A stretch of DNA of 61,950 bases, counting the filler, from Hausera hauseri (Eukaryota): assembly GCA_046269625.1 (NCBI GenBank). It is 11 parts of 11 records of this genome, joined end to end, with 100 filler letters (N's around TTAATTAATTAA, not from the genome) between each part and the next. Parts side by side here need not be neighbours in the genome. Positions count along the whole stretch, not along the records: positions 1 to 6,208 come from JBJURY010125984.1; positions 6,309 to 10,381 come from JBJURY010780314.1; positions 10,482 to 15,070 come from JBJURY010515126.1; 8 more parts are not named here. One strand, written 5' to 3'. The notes beneath the pieces are model-generated. The model was not told the DNA's origin. It searched no databases and saw only the letters and a program-made list of their open reading frames with translations. Of this stretch, positions 1-13,583 are shown piece after piece. A program made the translations under genes and the position numbers. Position 1 is the stretch's first letter, and every line of letters starts with the position of its first letter.

Positions 1-779
1 CTGTATTTCCTTTTCTATTTTTAAATAATAAAAACATTTGCACAAACGCATTAATATGTCTAAACACTGCGGCTATCTACAACACCATCTCCACTTTTCT
101 TTGCTCACCGGACCTTTATCTCACACACGACGGCTCCACAGTACCTCTCGTTGGGATCCTGCAATCACCTTCATCTTATATCTGCTTTCACATACACTTC
201 CGCATTCGTGATGGCATGGATTCATCGCCCACTATTGATACCACGGACAACCCCACCAAACCACCAACCTCCATCACTTACCTATCCAAACAAAGTGCTT
301 AAAGCACTCCGACACAGCACATACTCCCCACTTATTCACCCTGCAGAGAATACTTTTTCGACAGCCAAATTTCTACCCAAACATGGCTAAAACTTCATCA
401 ATTATGGCTCCAATCACAAAACGTCGTCGACCCCTTATCCAAAGCCAACAGCCTGTTTTTCTATTTACCTGCTTCTATCAAAATCAAAATCACAAACATC
501 ATCAACATCCTTCACCACACCGATTCGTATGTTCAACTTTATAAAGCCGTTTTTAAGCTCACTGAGCTGTCCATCGATTCTATCATTCAAAGGTTCTTCA
601 ATGACAACACCGTGGGCTTTCAGAAGTCTTTTGAATTCTTGCGCACATCTTTGTCTTACCTCAATACCCTTGGCGTAACATCTGAGCATAGTCCAGAACT
701 TCTTTGTCTTTACTTTTAAACGCATTGCCCCTTTAAATAAGAGCTTTGTTCACTGTGGTCGAAGACTCCACGGCATAGG

Positions 780-3700
780 AAAAGTTAGCCGAACTGGCGG
801 ACAAAGCCTATGAAGTGCTGCACTCACACACAGCACCAACTGTCTCTGCGGCATTAACAACAAACCACCACCAACAAAATGTAATGTTGCAGCAACAAAT
901 TTCGCAATTACGCACAGAAAACGAAATGTTGCAAAAAACAATTAATAATATAAATGAGAAATTAAATGAATAAAATCTACCTCAATGGAGTTTTTCTACG
1001 ACTGCGTCCCCTGATGCATTTCGTCAACGAAAAGACGGTCGCCTTCGCATGCGCGGTCATTTATCTGCTACTATCACAGCAAATTTGGCAACAATGCTCA
1101 GAAATACTGCATCGATTGTAAACTTTACACCTCCGATTTTAACACAAGTAACATCGATTGCATCTATCATGCAAAATTTGGAACAAAAGCACAAAAATGC
1201 CTACCTGGTTGTAACTACAACACACAATAAAGCCAACACTATTAAACTCACAAAATAGTAGGCCAAACTCACCAACTATAAAAAACTTATTTCGCCGCTA
1301 CGATACACGGCAAGTTCTAGTAAAGGCAACAATCTACAAAAAGCTGGCCGACACATTTCTTTTGCTGTATTAACATTGGAAGCGGCAGTCGTCACTCCAG
1401 CAAGGCAAAACATTAATTTTCTCATAAACACCGGCGCATCAATCTCTTTACTACCACAAACACAGCACATCCAAAACAATTTTGCTTCTAACAAACAACT
1501 GTTCACTGCGTCCAGTGAATCTTTACAAATTTTTGGCATTACTAAATTAACTTTTACCATACCAAATTTCTCAAACACATTAACCTGGAAATTCACAGTA
1601 GCCAATGTACGCACACCTATATTGGGTACAGACTTTTTGTCCCACTATAATTTACTTGTGGACTGCAAACGATGTTCCTTAAAGAACGGAAACAATATTA
1701 ATCAAATTAGCGGCATTTCGGTGACTGCGCGGGCGACCGCTGCCAGGAAGTCAATACTGAAAATAAACGACTCACTCATTATTTAGAAATTTTTATTACG
1801 GTGACAAATAAGATATTGCCAACTGTGTGGCACTCATTACTGATAGTACATCTGCCAACACTCTTCAACACAAACATCCTGCACCTAATACCACCTTGTC
1901 ACAACACCTCATCTACAACTCATACTTCAACTGCATGCAGTAACGATGCATCGACACCATCTGAAAACATTTCATCTTTGCCTTCTGATTTACAGCAATG
2001 TTTCGTCTTCCTGCACTCGTTTGTCACAAAAGGACAAGTCATTCGTACCACCTAAATCCACCTTCCATCACATAGTAACAACACATCAAAGACCAATACG
2101 TCAAAAGGTCCGCCCACTGTCGCCTCACCACAAACAGGCAATGGAGGCTGTTTATCGAACCGAAAAAATCAGGAATAATCAGATGATCCAAATCCCCTTG
2201 GTCTTCACCACTACATGTGGTTCCAAAAAACATAGTACCTTTAGCCCATGCGGTGATTACCACCAACTCAACACAATAACAATAATGGATGCCTACCCTC
2301 TGCCATTAATCAACGACATCCTTAAAAGGCTTCATGGTTCCACCATTTTTTCTTGCATTGATTTGCACAAAGCAAACCACCAAATTCCGGTGGCTCCAGC
2401 AGACATTCCGAAAATGGCTGTTATTACACCTTTCGACCTTTTTGAATATATTTCCATGCTATTTGGACTCCGTAGCGCCTCCCAGACCTTCCAAAGGCAT
2501 ATTGATACAGTTCTCTCAGGTTTAGACTTTGCTTATCCCTATATAGATGATATCCTAATCGCATCATCTTCGAAACAACAGTCCGAAAATTTACCTTTAA
2601 TCTTTTAGCGTTTGCAGCAAAACAATTTGCAAATTAATTTCTCCAAATGCTCCTTTTTTCAACATAAAGTCAACTTCCTAGGACTTGTTATTAGCTCCTG
2701 CGGAGCCCTCAGAGCCCTTCACACAGCTCAAAAACATACAACAACCACGTATATCAACAGAGATGCGTTCTTTCCTCGGAACCTTGCACTTTATTCACAA
2801 GTATATTCCACACTGTTCTACTCTAGCCGCTCCATTTGCGTCACTAAGCTCTGGCAAGAAAAAACAGCCTATTCAATGGACCGCTGAGCTAGTCAACGCT
2901 TTTGATTACCTCAAAGACAATCTAAAACCGTGGAAATCTTGGCCTATCCCGACTCCCATGCAGAACTCTTCTTAACCACGGATGCATCTACAACAGCTTC
3001 AGGTGCTGTCTCCATCAAGTTACAAATGGATCCCATGAGCCATTCGAATTCTTTTCTCGAAAATTTGCGGCTCAAGAGCAAAGATATTCCATCTTTTATA
3101 GAGAGCTGCTTGCGGTGGTTCTTGCCGTAAACCACTTTAAACATCTGGTAACCGCACGAACTTTTATAACACAAACGGACCACAAGCCCTTGCTTCAAAA
3201 ATTTACCATGAAATCGCCTTCTCCACGTCAGGAGAGGCAAATATCGTATTTTTCCACATTTAATTTTGAAATTAAACACTTAAACGGAGTGGACAATTTA
3301 GTAGCTAACTTTTTGTCCCGATATGTCAGCTCGATTGATTTTAAACCAATTTTCCCTCAATCCAAACTTCAACAAAACCAGCCACCTCCTGACATCCTTA
3401 AATCTTATAAATCGTGCAAAACCATCGACGGTGTGGCCTTTGACATTTCCAAATCTAATAATCCTAAAGTCATCCTTTCCGAATCGCTTCAAAAAGAAGC
3501 ATTAAACAACATCCATTCGTTGCATCATCCCGGTGCCATGGATACTTTTCGACTCTTACAACGTCAATTAGTATGGCCGTCGATGCGCTCTGACGTACAG
3601 GCATGGGTTAGGCAGTGTGTGGCATGCCAAAAATACAAAATTACTAAGTATTTAAAGCCACCACTATATCATTTCCGTGCACGTCTCGTTTTGAATCTCT

Positions 3701-4430
3701 TCACATTGACCTTGTAGGCCCACTACCCGTAGACAACATCGCGATGGCCAGAGGCTGTCCCGCTTCGGAACACCAACACACAAACAATCGCAGACGTTTT
3801 CATCCGCACTTGGATCAGCAAGTTTGGATCACCTCGCCACATCATGTCGGACCAAGGCCCACAGTTTGATTCCAACCTGTTTAAAGATCTCGTCAATCGA
3901 TTGGGAATTAACCATATACACACGTCACCATATCATCCTCAATCAAATAGCCTTCGCGATAGCTTCCGCCGAACGATGAAAACGTCTCACAAAATCCTTG
4001 GTGGGTACAATACCAGTTGTACCACACGCCTTTCGTACGTTCTGCTTTACGGGCAGAACACACCATCTACTTCTACAAGCTGTTCACCCGCAGAAGCATT
4101 ATTTGGTACTCCTATCAGACCATTATTCGATCTGGCTGAGCTGGATAATATTCCTACAGACGAAACCATACAAGCGGACCAGAGACACTGTTGCGATCAG
4201 CATAGATTCATTTTGTAGATTGTTATACGGCAATAAAAACTACATACCTGATGATTTATATACTTCAAAGTTCGTATGGCTAAAGAACCAGACGCCGTTT
4301 GATTTTCAACCTCAGTACGTTGGCCATTACAAAGTAATTTGTTTACACTACCATAATGATATTATCCTCAAAGACGACAAACAAGTGACAGTCCACATCA
4401 ACAACGCTAAGCCGCTTTCTTTATTGACGA
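780..4430 (+). mobile_element. Degenerate Ty3/Gypsy LTR retrotransposon internal region (gag-PR-RT-RH-INT), CsRn1-like
   Basis: Gag knuckles CYYHSKFGNNAQKYC (~1066) and CIYHAKFGTKAQKCLPGC (~1159); protease FLINTGAS (D>N); RT DAYPLP, FGLRSASQTFQR, YIDD; RNase H TTDAS, TDHKPL; integrase H-x2-HHPG..CVAC, SDQGPQF, PYHPQSN. Many frameshifts and stops. Boundaries approximate. Confidence 0.92.
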
Positions 4431-4499
4431 TACGTCCACCATCGAGACCATTTCTCCACCAATATCTTTACAAGACGCGCAGCAATCCAAAAATTCACC

Positions 4500-5010
4500 C
4501 CCTATTTCTGTTCAATTCTTTAACCAACTTTCCCCCACGTTTTCTCTCAATCCTTCTACTTCTACTTTTTCTGACAGTTCATTTCCTTTTTTCCATTCAA
4601 TTCTGCACCTTCTAGTCCCTTAACACCTCCTTCATCCCATGGTGACAACCTGCCTTCCTCACATACGAGACTTTCTCCGCCAATCACCACTTCTACTTCA
4701 CGAATCTCTCCATCTACGCCTTTCATCATTCAACCTCTTGCATGTCACCTTCCAACACCTCTCCTTCACCTTCTTCATCTTCTTACGCTCTTCCGTCTTG
4801 CTCCTCTTCGGCGTTCTCTCTACCTCTTTCTCCACACACATCTTCGTCATCATCGGCACTCTCTTTCCTCCTTTTTCCTAACACACCTTCTTCTACTCTT
4901 CTCAATTCCACTTCGCAACTTCCGCCTCTCTCAAACTCTAGTCCCTATCAGCCTTCTTCTCATAATCTTTTGACATCTTTTACTTCTTCACTTCGACCTT
5001 CAACCAACAC
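4500..5010 (+). repeat. Pyrimidine-rich low-complexity tract after the integrase (reads as Ser/Pro-rich)
   Basis: CT-rich sequence; ORF 4742-5113 is dominated by S/P. Confidence 0.6.
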
Positions 5011-6208
5011 AATCCCAAAACCAGTATCGGTTTTAAACCAAAATCAGCTGCAAACAAACAAACCACGTATACAAGCAAGCAAAACTGTAAGATTCAACAA
5101 ACATCCAAAGTAAAAAACCAACAGGGAACTGAACGCCTTGAAACCCTCCACCTTTAAATATACTTTCACCTGTTCGCGCTTCTGCTTCTCCTTTTGTCGT
5201 GCTTTACCGTTTTTCAACTCAACCACGGGGGTGATATTGTACCCACATGGTTTGCCCCCTGGCCCGTCTGGCCGGACAAGATCGGGGATTTGTTGTTCCC
5301 CGGGCGGCACGAAAGTCAAGGACCGAACGCCTCCCTTTTCCCCGGATTTTGTTTGGCGGTCGTGGTGTGGTGAAAAGTGCTATATAAAGAACAAGCAGAA
5401 TCTCGGATTTCTGAACAGCAGTGGTTCCTCGGGCAGAACTTGTTTTAATAACGTGTAAAACCGGCACTATTCATGTCTATTCTTTTGCGTTTTGTACGAG
5501 AAAGTGACAGGGCAACACACGTAGCAGTCGGTGTGCATGCATTGTGGGCGTTTGTTGTACATGTGCATATATAAATGTGCTATTTTTTTGTTGTTCGTTT
5601 TTTTTCTTGATTGGAACTAATACTGTTTTACTGTGCCAAGAGTTTTGAAATTTAGCTGGGCGAAAATAAATCTTTTAATGCCGAAATTCAAAATGGAGTT
5701 TTCTTTTTGTGAAACCGTATGCAAATTCTTTTTATCTAGCGTTAAGACAATTAATGTCATCAAACACAGAATTGCTTGATCTGAAGACTTTATTTGATAA
5801 AAATAAGTTTTCTGAAATGGGCAAAGCGATCTTTTGCTAATCCCGAATTTTCAAGTAATTTGGATAAATTTATTTCTACCAACTATGGAGATAGTTAGAA
5901 AGGAACTCACGGTGAGGATTTCGAAAGTAAACTAAATGAGATGTGCGGTGAAATTATTCTAAAGTATGATATTGACGAATCAATTATACGGGGTATTAAT
6001 AACAGTAGTTTCTATCAATTCCATATTGAGTTAAATGCTTTGGAAATGAGTATTAAAAAATTAGATTCCCTGGAAGAGTCTTTGAATAAAACAAGTAATA
6101 TGGCTAAAATACTTGGTGTACTAGATTGCAGACGTGTTAGATCAAATGAAGAAATTGCAGAAGAAATAGTAATTTCTACAAAAGTTGATGATATGCAAAT
6201 TGTATCAT

Positions 6209-6308
6209 NNNNNNNNNNNNNNNNNNNNNNNNNNNNNNNNNNNNNNNNNNNNTTAATTAATTAANNNNNNNNNNNNNNNNNNNNNNNNNNNNNNNNNNNN
6301 NNNNNNNN
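6209..6308. other. Artificial contig linker (44 N + TTAATTAATTAA + 44 N). The same linker occurs at 10382-10481, 15071-15170, 21112-21211, 28562-28661, 32680-32779, 38368-38467, 42788-42887, 52961-53060 and 57061-57160
   Basis: The identical 100-bp spacer, with stops in all six frames, occurs ten times. Confidence 0.99.
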
Positions 6309-7620
6309 TAACAATGGATCAAGCATTTAAAATCTCAACAGAACAAAGAAAGGAAAAAGTTATTCAGCACATTATAGAATTTGCTAAAAAGGATATTATA
6401 CCAAAGGGGCGACAGTTGATGAAACATTTACACGGACATGGACACAAATATTGCGCCTTAAATGACAAGAGCAATGAGGATATTTTATTTTACGAACGAA
6501 AAAGAAGAATATTAATAGTTATTCCAAAAAATATACGAACCGAAGTGTTAACTTCAGAACATAATTCATATTTAGCTGGACACATGTCATGGAAGAAAAC
6601 ATTAGAAAGAGTAATAAATAAATACTTTTGGCCTAGTATCTATATTGATGTAAAAATTGGGAAAATGCCTGCGAAGTATGTGAAACTAAGCAAAAGAAGA
6701 CGAAAAACTACATGGCCGAATTAGAACCAATTAATGTGCCCGATAGACCTATGCAAGCCATGTCTACGGATATCGTAGGACCTCTCCCTATGACTTACAG
6801 GAACAATAAGTATATCCTAACTTGTATTGATCGATTAACTCATTTTGTCGAGTTAATAGCGTTAGTTGATCAGAAGGCAAAAACCTTAGCAGAAGCCGTA
6901 GTAAGAAGAATTATCTGCCGCTATGGACCCCCAGATCATATACTCACAGATCGAGGAAGAAATTTCACAAGTGAACTTTTCGAGAATATCATTAATATAT
7001 TTGAAACTGAACGATTAACAACCAACTCATATCACCCTCAGTGTAATGGAATGGTCGAACGGATGAATGCTACCATCATACGTATACTGTCAACAGTGGT
7101 AGCGAAAGATCAAAGAGATTGGGACGAGTTTTTAGAATGAACTCAATTCGCCATTAATACCACACCACATCCAGCAACAGGATTTACACCGTTTTTTATG
7201 ATGTATGGACGTGAACCTGTGTTACCCTCAGATTTAGGAATGACGCCTTAAGCAATCAACCCCGAAGATTTAGAACAGAATTTTGCCCAAGTGCTGCAAA
7301 CGCGATTGCAAAAGTGTTGGGAAATCGCCAAAGAATTATTCCTAGAATATCAAGAACAGTTTAAAAACCAATATAACCAGAAAGCGAAACTACATGATAT
7401 AGAACCAGAAAACTGGGTTTATGTACACTATCCAGTAGCCAGGAAAGGCACCTCACTGAAGTTGACCCGCACCTGTATAGGACCGTACAAAGTTACCAGA
7501 GTTACGCCAACCACAGTATACATTAACAAGAATGGAAAGGAAGAAATCGTGTCAGTACAAAGAGTTGTTAAGACCGAGATACGGCCCAATAAACGTTACA
7601 ACCTGCGCCAACGCGAAATA
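6309..7620 (+). mobile_element. Ty3/Gypsy integrase (pseudogenised)
   Basis: EHNSYLAGH..YFWPS Zn finger; DIVGPLP, TDRGRNF, YHPQCNGMVER DDE core; GPY motif (IGPYKV). Frameshift near 6655, stops at 7138 and 7248. Confidence 0.93.
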
Positions 7621-7639
7621 AAAACTTCCTCAATAGTTA

Positions 7640-9000
7640 GTAGACCAATATCATACGTTCAGATAGTTTTAGCATTATCGTTAATTGCTTCTTATATTCC
7701 GACAGCACAAACTAAATGGTGACACGACGAATCTACACTAGGAGATATATATGGAATTAGGAAAAGTGGATCAAGATTGAAACCTATTAAAACGGAAAAG
7801 AAACCAACATTCGAAGATATTCAAAGACAAGGAGATACTAAATTATTACAGTCAATGACAGTTCATTACTACTCGCCTAGCTGCGTATGTGTTAGATTTA
7901 AGACTTGGAAACCACACCACGATTTCGGAAGATTTTAAATTGTCTTACACGATATAACAACACGAGAAGCAAAGAATTGTGATTTTGAACCTGGAGACAA
8001 TACGCAGTGTTGCGACATAGATTTTGTACATACTTATAACCTTACTTATCGCTTGTACTTACCGGACTCATCCGAAATTTATATTGAAATAAAATCACAA
8101 TCTCAATTAGTCATTCCTGCATGGAACAGACATCATGGAATAAAACATGTAGTCGTGCTACGATCCACTGATCCAGATATAAAGCTACTTGACGAAAATA
8201 TCCAAAGAATTTCAGTTAATACGGCAAGACAGTGCATCCAAGTAGATGCCCGGACCGAGATAAGCGTCAGTCAAGAAATTAGTATCACAGTCGAAGCAGC
8301 AATTGGACCAACCCCGAAAATAGGATATTGTTCTATTCGCGCAGGTATACAACACCCGTGTTGCAAACTGCCTGTGAACCGAGAATTTAAAATAAAAATT
8401 GATTTATACGAGGTACGACCTAATAAACCAAGCATACAATTGCGAATCTACCATCCAGAAAATAGAATTTGGAAAATTTCAGTGGGAACTACGACCAAAA
8501 AGTCGACCACTAAGGTTAGTCCCACCATCCGAACTGTTACGACAAACAATATACCCGAAGCAGAGTTTAAAAACATACCTATTAGATTTTCGACGCAGCG
8601 ATATAAGACCTTGTTCTTTGTGGAGAAAGAATAAACTTATGACATACACATAAGTTGTCGGACAACATATAATAACAAAATTGTAATATTATTTAGAAAT
8701 ACTTATCAAACAGAGTGCAATTTATTAAAACCGCAATCTGAATATATAGTACAAGTACATGCAGAGAATAAGCAAATCCAAACAATTACATTACGCACCT
8801 TAGACGAAATTCGTGTAGAGCCACACATACGCAGATAGAGACGATGAAACTACAATGCCAATTACTACTCAAGCACCGATAAGATTAACTGTCTTACCGA
8901 TTGTATCTATTTCAGTAATATCAACGTTTGTTCTTATTATGTTAACTGAAATTTTTCGATTAGTTACCAAAATTGTTATTCTAAGCGTCCTAAAAATTTA
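7640..9000 (+). pseudogene. Env-position ORF: type I membrane protein with signal peptide, Cys-containing ectodomain, FN3-like domain and TM helix
   Basis: Hydrophobic ISYVQIVLALSLIASYIPTA in frame with the integrase tail; CC pairs; Thr-rich linker; LLKPQSEYIVQVHAEN (~8722-8770); TM LTVLPIVSISVISTFVLIML (~8885-8945). Interrupted by stops and a frameshift. Confidence 0.6.
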
Positions 9001-9183
9001 GAATGGGAACTAAGGGAATTGGAAAACCCTGTAGATCCATATAAAAAAATAACCCGACAACTACAGATCAGGTTATTCTGTCATCAAACAAAGAATTGGT
9101 TTTGGTTTAAAGCCATACCTTGTTTTAAGATTAACCTTTATATTTTCTTTTTCAGACTGGTAAGTAACCGAATCGAAAAGAAC

Positions 9184-10381
9184 ATGAGTCGACTTAGCAT
9201 CGACGAATTTTTGCAGCACTACGTAACCGTACGGATCCCAAATTCCAAATCCACCTACAAGCAAATCAACACGGAACTACAAGGGTAAACCTTCATCCAA
9301 TACCAAAAGATTCACGATATCCCCAATAATTTAAAGGGAACAACAGAAGAAGCTAGAGCTGTCTACTTATATGCGTGGAGAGAAGACAAAGAGGCAAGAG
9401 CATACCCTGTACGCCAGATCGCCCAATACAAAACAAACAGGGAACAGAAAAAATATATACACAGCCGACGCAAAAATCCATTATCGTCTGGAAAACCAAA
9501 AATGGGACTTATTCCAAGGAAAACAAAGTCGGTTTAGCACATTTGTATTGAACAGTAGAAATTTCCACGATTACGAGCTGGCATTTCGTATAGCCGCCTT
9601 ACCCGTAAAAGCGATGATGGAAATAACTGAAGAGGAAACAATAGTCATTTCATTGCTGCCCTTAGAGTTCAAACAAAGACCCACCGAAGAAGAACAGGAC
9701 GCACAGCTACACGCATTTAGATTTGTAACCGATGACAGGAATATCACGATTGTCGTAATAAATTATGGAGAAGGAGACGAAGTAAATTCTATCCGAATTG
9801 AAATATCCATACGAGACGTAAACGGGGCCGAAGTCTATTCAAAAGTCATTAACCCGAGAAAGAAGGTACAAGAAACGTATGCAGAAGTAACCGAGATAAA
9901 AAGGGAGCAATAAATCCACGGTAAAGATTCCAGATTAGTGCAAGAGGAAGTAGCACAGTGCCTATGCGGATACGTCTTAGTGGGGTATTAAGTAGAAAGG
10001 ATGACAGAAAAGTTAAACATACCAGGAACTTATATAGCCGAAAGGAGAGAGATAGAGACCCACCCAACAGTAATGGGATAAATGGAAATCAAAGTCAAAG
10101 AGAAAAAGGGTCATCTACTGCCGACCGCGGAAGGCCGATTTAAGTTAATGGTAGAAGCAATGACTGGAGGACAAATCAAAATAAGCCGATTGTTGACCGC
10201 TAGTCAAAGATCCCAGTATCTAAGGGATATAAATGCTGGATTAAACTGGGAACATGAATGGATTTCCAGTAACCCCGGACAGAACCTACGAAGTTTCCCA
10301 AAACTGGAAGGAACCAGTACACAATATAGAAGACTTCCGTCCGTACTCTCCGCCAAGAAATGTCGAGACGACACCGAAATA
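9184..10381 (+). pseudogene. Further ORFs of unknown function downstream of the membrane ORF (including 9371-9913 and 10082 to contig end)
   Basis: Same strand and same A-rich composition as the upstream element; no recognisable motif. Confidence 0.35.
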
Positions 10382-10481
10382 NNNNNNNNNNNNNNNNNNN
10401 NNNNNNNNNNNNNNNNNNNNNNNNNTTAATTAATTAANNNNNNNNNNNNNNNNNNNNNNNNNNNNNNNNNNNNNNNNNNNN

Positions 10482-10665
10482 ACTCGGAAGGAACTACTGG
10501 CCATGTATTATTTCTGTCAACATTTCAACCATTACCTATACGGGAAACGGTTCACATTAAGAAAGGACAATAAGGCAATAACGTTCATGGTAAAGACAAA
10601 AAAACCGATAACCGCTTCATTTCAGACGTGGATCAACTACCTATCCAGTCTATACATCAACCTGG
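10482..10665 (+). mobile_element. Ty3/Gypsy RNase H fragment
   Basis: TRKELLAMYYFCQHFNHYLYGKRFTLRKDNKAI..WINYL. Confidence 0.85.
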
Positions 10666-11089
10666 TTTTTCTTTCAAACGACGAAGTCTACAAATCAAAT
10701 CATTATCAAACTCATAAAACATTAATCAGCGTTTAACCCAATTACTAAATTTCACTGAACGGACAACGAACGAAGAGCGATGCCCCTTGGAAAAGGCAAA
10801 GTAGTTCAAATATTTAGTTGACTGGATATTGCTAATGTTGAAGACGAGTCATCGACCTTTCCTTGTTGTTTCATAGCAATAAAATTAATGACATTGTTGA
10901 AATGATTCGATATGGGCTCGCCTTCGTTGTGAATAACCAGTAAATAATTCGGATGTTATCGATTAGATTATTCAATCTCGTCACTGACACATCAACAGGG
11001 TAGAGTTGGAAAATTTACAGAAATCTGCTCAGTCACTCGATAAGGAGTTGAGCTTTCCTTGCTACATCTATACATTCGTTTGCCCATAC

Positions 11090-11694
11090 CGATGCGAACT
11101 GGTCTGAACGATTATGCAGCGGTGATGTTATTGTCATTGACGATTTACTTCAAGAAGCCGCGAAACAAACCGATTTCAACAACCTGTTCACGAAGATTGC
11201 ACGGCACCGTGGCGTAACGGTAATTTTCATTACGCAAAACATGTTCCATCATGGCGGACAGCACCAAACAAGAATTATCAACGTACACTATTTGGTGTTA
11301 TTCAAAAACCACCGTGATCAGACTATCATTGATTACGTTGTGCGACAGGCAATTCCTCACAACCGGTCCTACTTGATAGATGCATATTATGATACTACGA
11401 CCGAGCCACACGGATATTTGTTCACTGACTTCATCAAGAATTTCAATCAGAACTGGAACCATGAGGTTTTCCGAACTTCAGCAATCAACACAAAACAATC
11501 GCCCGTCATGTACGTTTTGGAAGATGAGAATGGTGAGGAGATACGTGGTAAATTCTACGAACAGGAACTGCAGGTACTGTCAGAGAAACTGACGTATATC
11601 GTATTCATGCGTCAGAGGTTCGAATAAACAATATTTTGTCAAGTGACACGAATACACCAAACCCAGCTGGATATTTGCATCGCAGATTGAATGA
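11090..11694 (+). pseudogene. A32/FtsK-like packaging ATPase 3' part fused in frame to the integrase C-terminus
   Basis: VIVIDDL Walker B, ARHRGVTVIFITQN, YLVLFKN, HGYLFTDF, then directly IKNFNQNWNHEVF..GKFYEQELQ from the integrase. Confidence 0.88.
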
Positions 11695-13202
11695 TGAACA
11701 CTTACTTGATACTTGATAGTGACAAGTCATCATCACAGAATGACAACAATACAGCTGAACGGTCTACCATGGCGTTGTATCAGCCTCTCGAATTACGCGC
11801 GGGAACCTGGGAAGTGGCTCTGACGGAATTCACATTTACATTTTCACCCAAATCAATACGTGAGAAAAGCGGCATTTACTTTACCCGACTAGAAAAATAC
11901 CCTGTTTCAAGCCGTTTAGAGTTAATCCGAAACTCTAACAAATATATTCTTCGCAATTATTCGCAATACACTTTCGCGGTTTATGCTTATTTTTCAAACT
12001 ACCGTATGAAACTAACACATCGACATCCCATGGAATTGCAGTTTACATCTATAGCTGATACTCAGGCATGGGGTTTTCAATTAGACAATGTACGTTCGAA
12101 AGGTCTACGGCTAGGTGGACATGTTGTAATTGGTGAAAAATACATGGTGTTGCCAAGCAACAGTTGTACTAAGACTCGTCCGACTAATTCAGCCAGTGAA
12201 TACGTTGTAGATTGGGGCAATCCTTTGGATTTATCTGGAAAATGGGAGGTTGCACTGACGGAATTTAACTTTCTCTACATACCGGCGACATTGAAAGGTA
12301 GTATGAATATAACGTACAACAAGACTTTTCTGAAACCAAAACGCATTCTTGTCCTCTGACACTAACTAACAATAAAATAACCGTTGGAAAATCTTCCATT
12401 TGCACGACCAGTACAAATTGCGATTCACACGGCAAGATCGGTGTTTGTATTTTAGGGAAAACTTAAATTTTGTGGAAATTTTGAATTTGCTGTCACATTT
12501 GAGTTCTCTGATATGGCGCAAAAATTCGGATTAAAAAAAAGACTATAAAGGTTAAAATATTAAAAATGAATATACAATTGCTCCAAGATTAAGTCCCATA
12601 CATTACCATACAACGGTGAAATTTACCTATACAGCACAAAGGGTGTCAACGTCATATGTATCGATTGGCGACATGTCTAATGCGAATTTGTAGCATATCA
12701 CTATCAACACTTTTCAAATCAAAAGTACAAGGAGATATTTAAAGTTTTCAAGTCAGATGCAAATGGGTACATTAAATTTGAACTGGTTAAGAACATTGTC
12801 GACATATTATTGGACAAAGCTTTAGCAATGGTATTGGCTTTTCAAAAACAGCGGTTTGAGGCGTGGAATACGTAGACGGCGGCACATATTGCAACACTTA
12901 AACCCAAACTGAAAACGGGACTAAGTCAAATGTACATTTACGTGAACGTCACCGAAACGATTTTGGTGGGTGGAGTACGTATACCGCTACTTCGTGCAAT
13001 TTATCCGGAAAGCAGCAAGTATACTGTTTGCGACAATGTTACTGTCAAGCTCGATAATCCAATGTACCTACCTGTGGCATCTACATCTATAAACAATGTT
13101 GACGTGAATACCAGATATGAGGCCGGCTACTTTATTGAATTTCCATACGGTGCCACAATCAGTCTAACTCTTCATTTCCATCAAAACCAACAACATAATT
13201 GA
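11691..13202 (+). pseudogene. Minor capsid (penton-like) protein; hybrid of paralog 1 N-half and paralog 2
   Basis: Two WEVALTEF motifs; LPSNS..NSASEY start motif; C-terminal YIYVN..VGG..PLLR..NPMYLPV..LTLHF. Confidence 0.85.
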
Positions 13203-13564
13203 TTCTGAAATTGCTTCCATTTACAGTAAACCGTAGCAGGGCGATGAACTGCCGTATTTCGTTGGTAAACAGTATGGCTCTGGATGGTTGCGTACATTGG
13301 CACGTTTAGCATTTCCAGTGTTGAAGCATATTGGCGCCGTGGCAGCAAAAATAGCACAGAACGTACTATATGAAAACAAATCAATTTTACCATAACTGAA
13401 GGAACACGCCTTGTCAGAAATAAAAAGCGCTGCACCGGGAGTCGTTGAATCAATCAAAAAACAATTAGCTGGTAGTGGCTTGATGAGAAAACGTAGACGT
13501 GGTAGATCAGCTAGCTTTTCAACTATAAACAAACGTCGTCGTCGTACGATTTTCGATAAATTGA
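13195..13564 (+). pseudogene. QxGxG-motif basic protein (putative virion core protein), copy A
   Basis: Homologous to 22954-23316 and 46811-47173; ATG>ATA and two in-frame stops. Confidence 0.75.
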
Positions 13565-13583
13565 CTGACGGACAGACATACAA

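Noticed and set aside
4639-5467. ORFs in the CT-rich tail of the first Gypsy element as extra genes
   Set aside because: Low complexity explains the open frames; no domain evidence.
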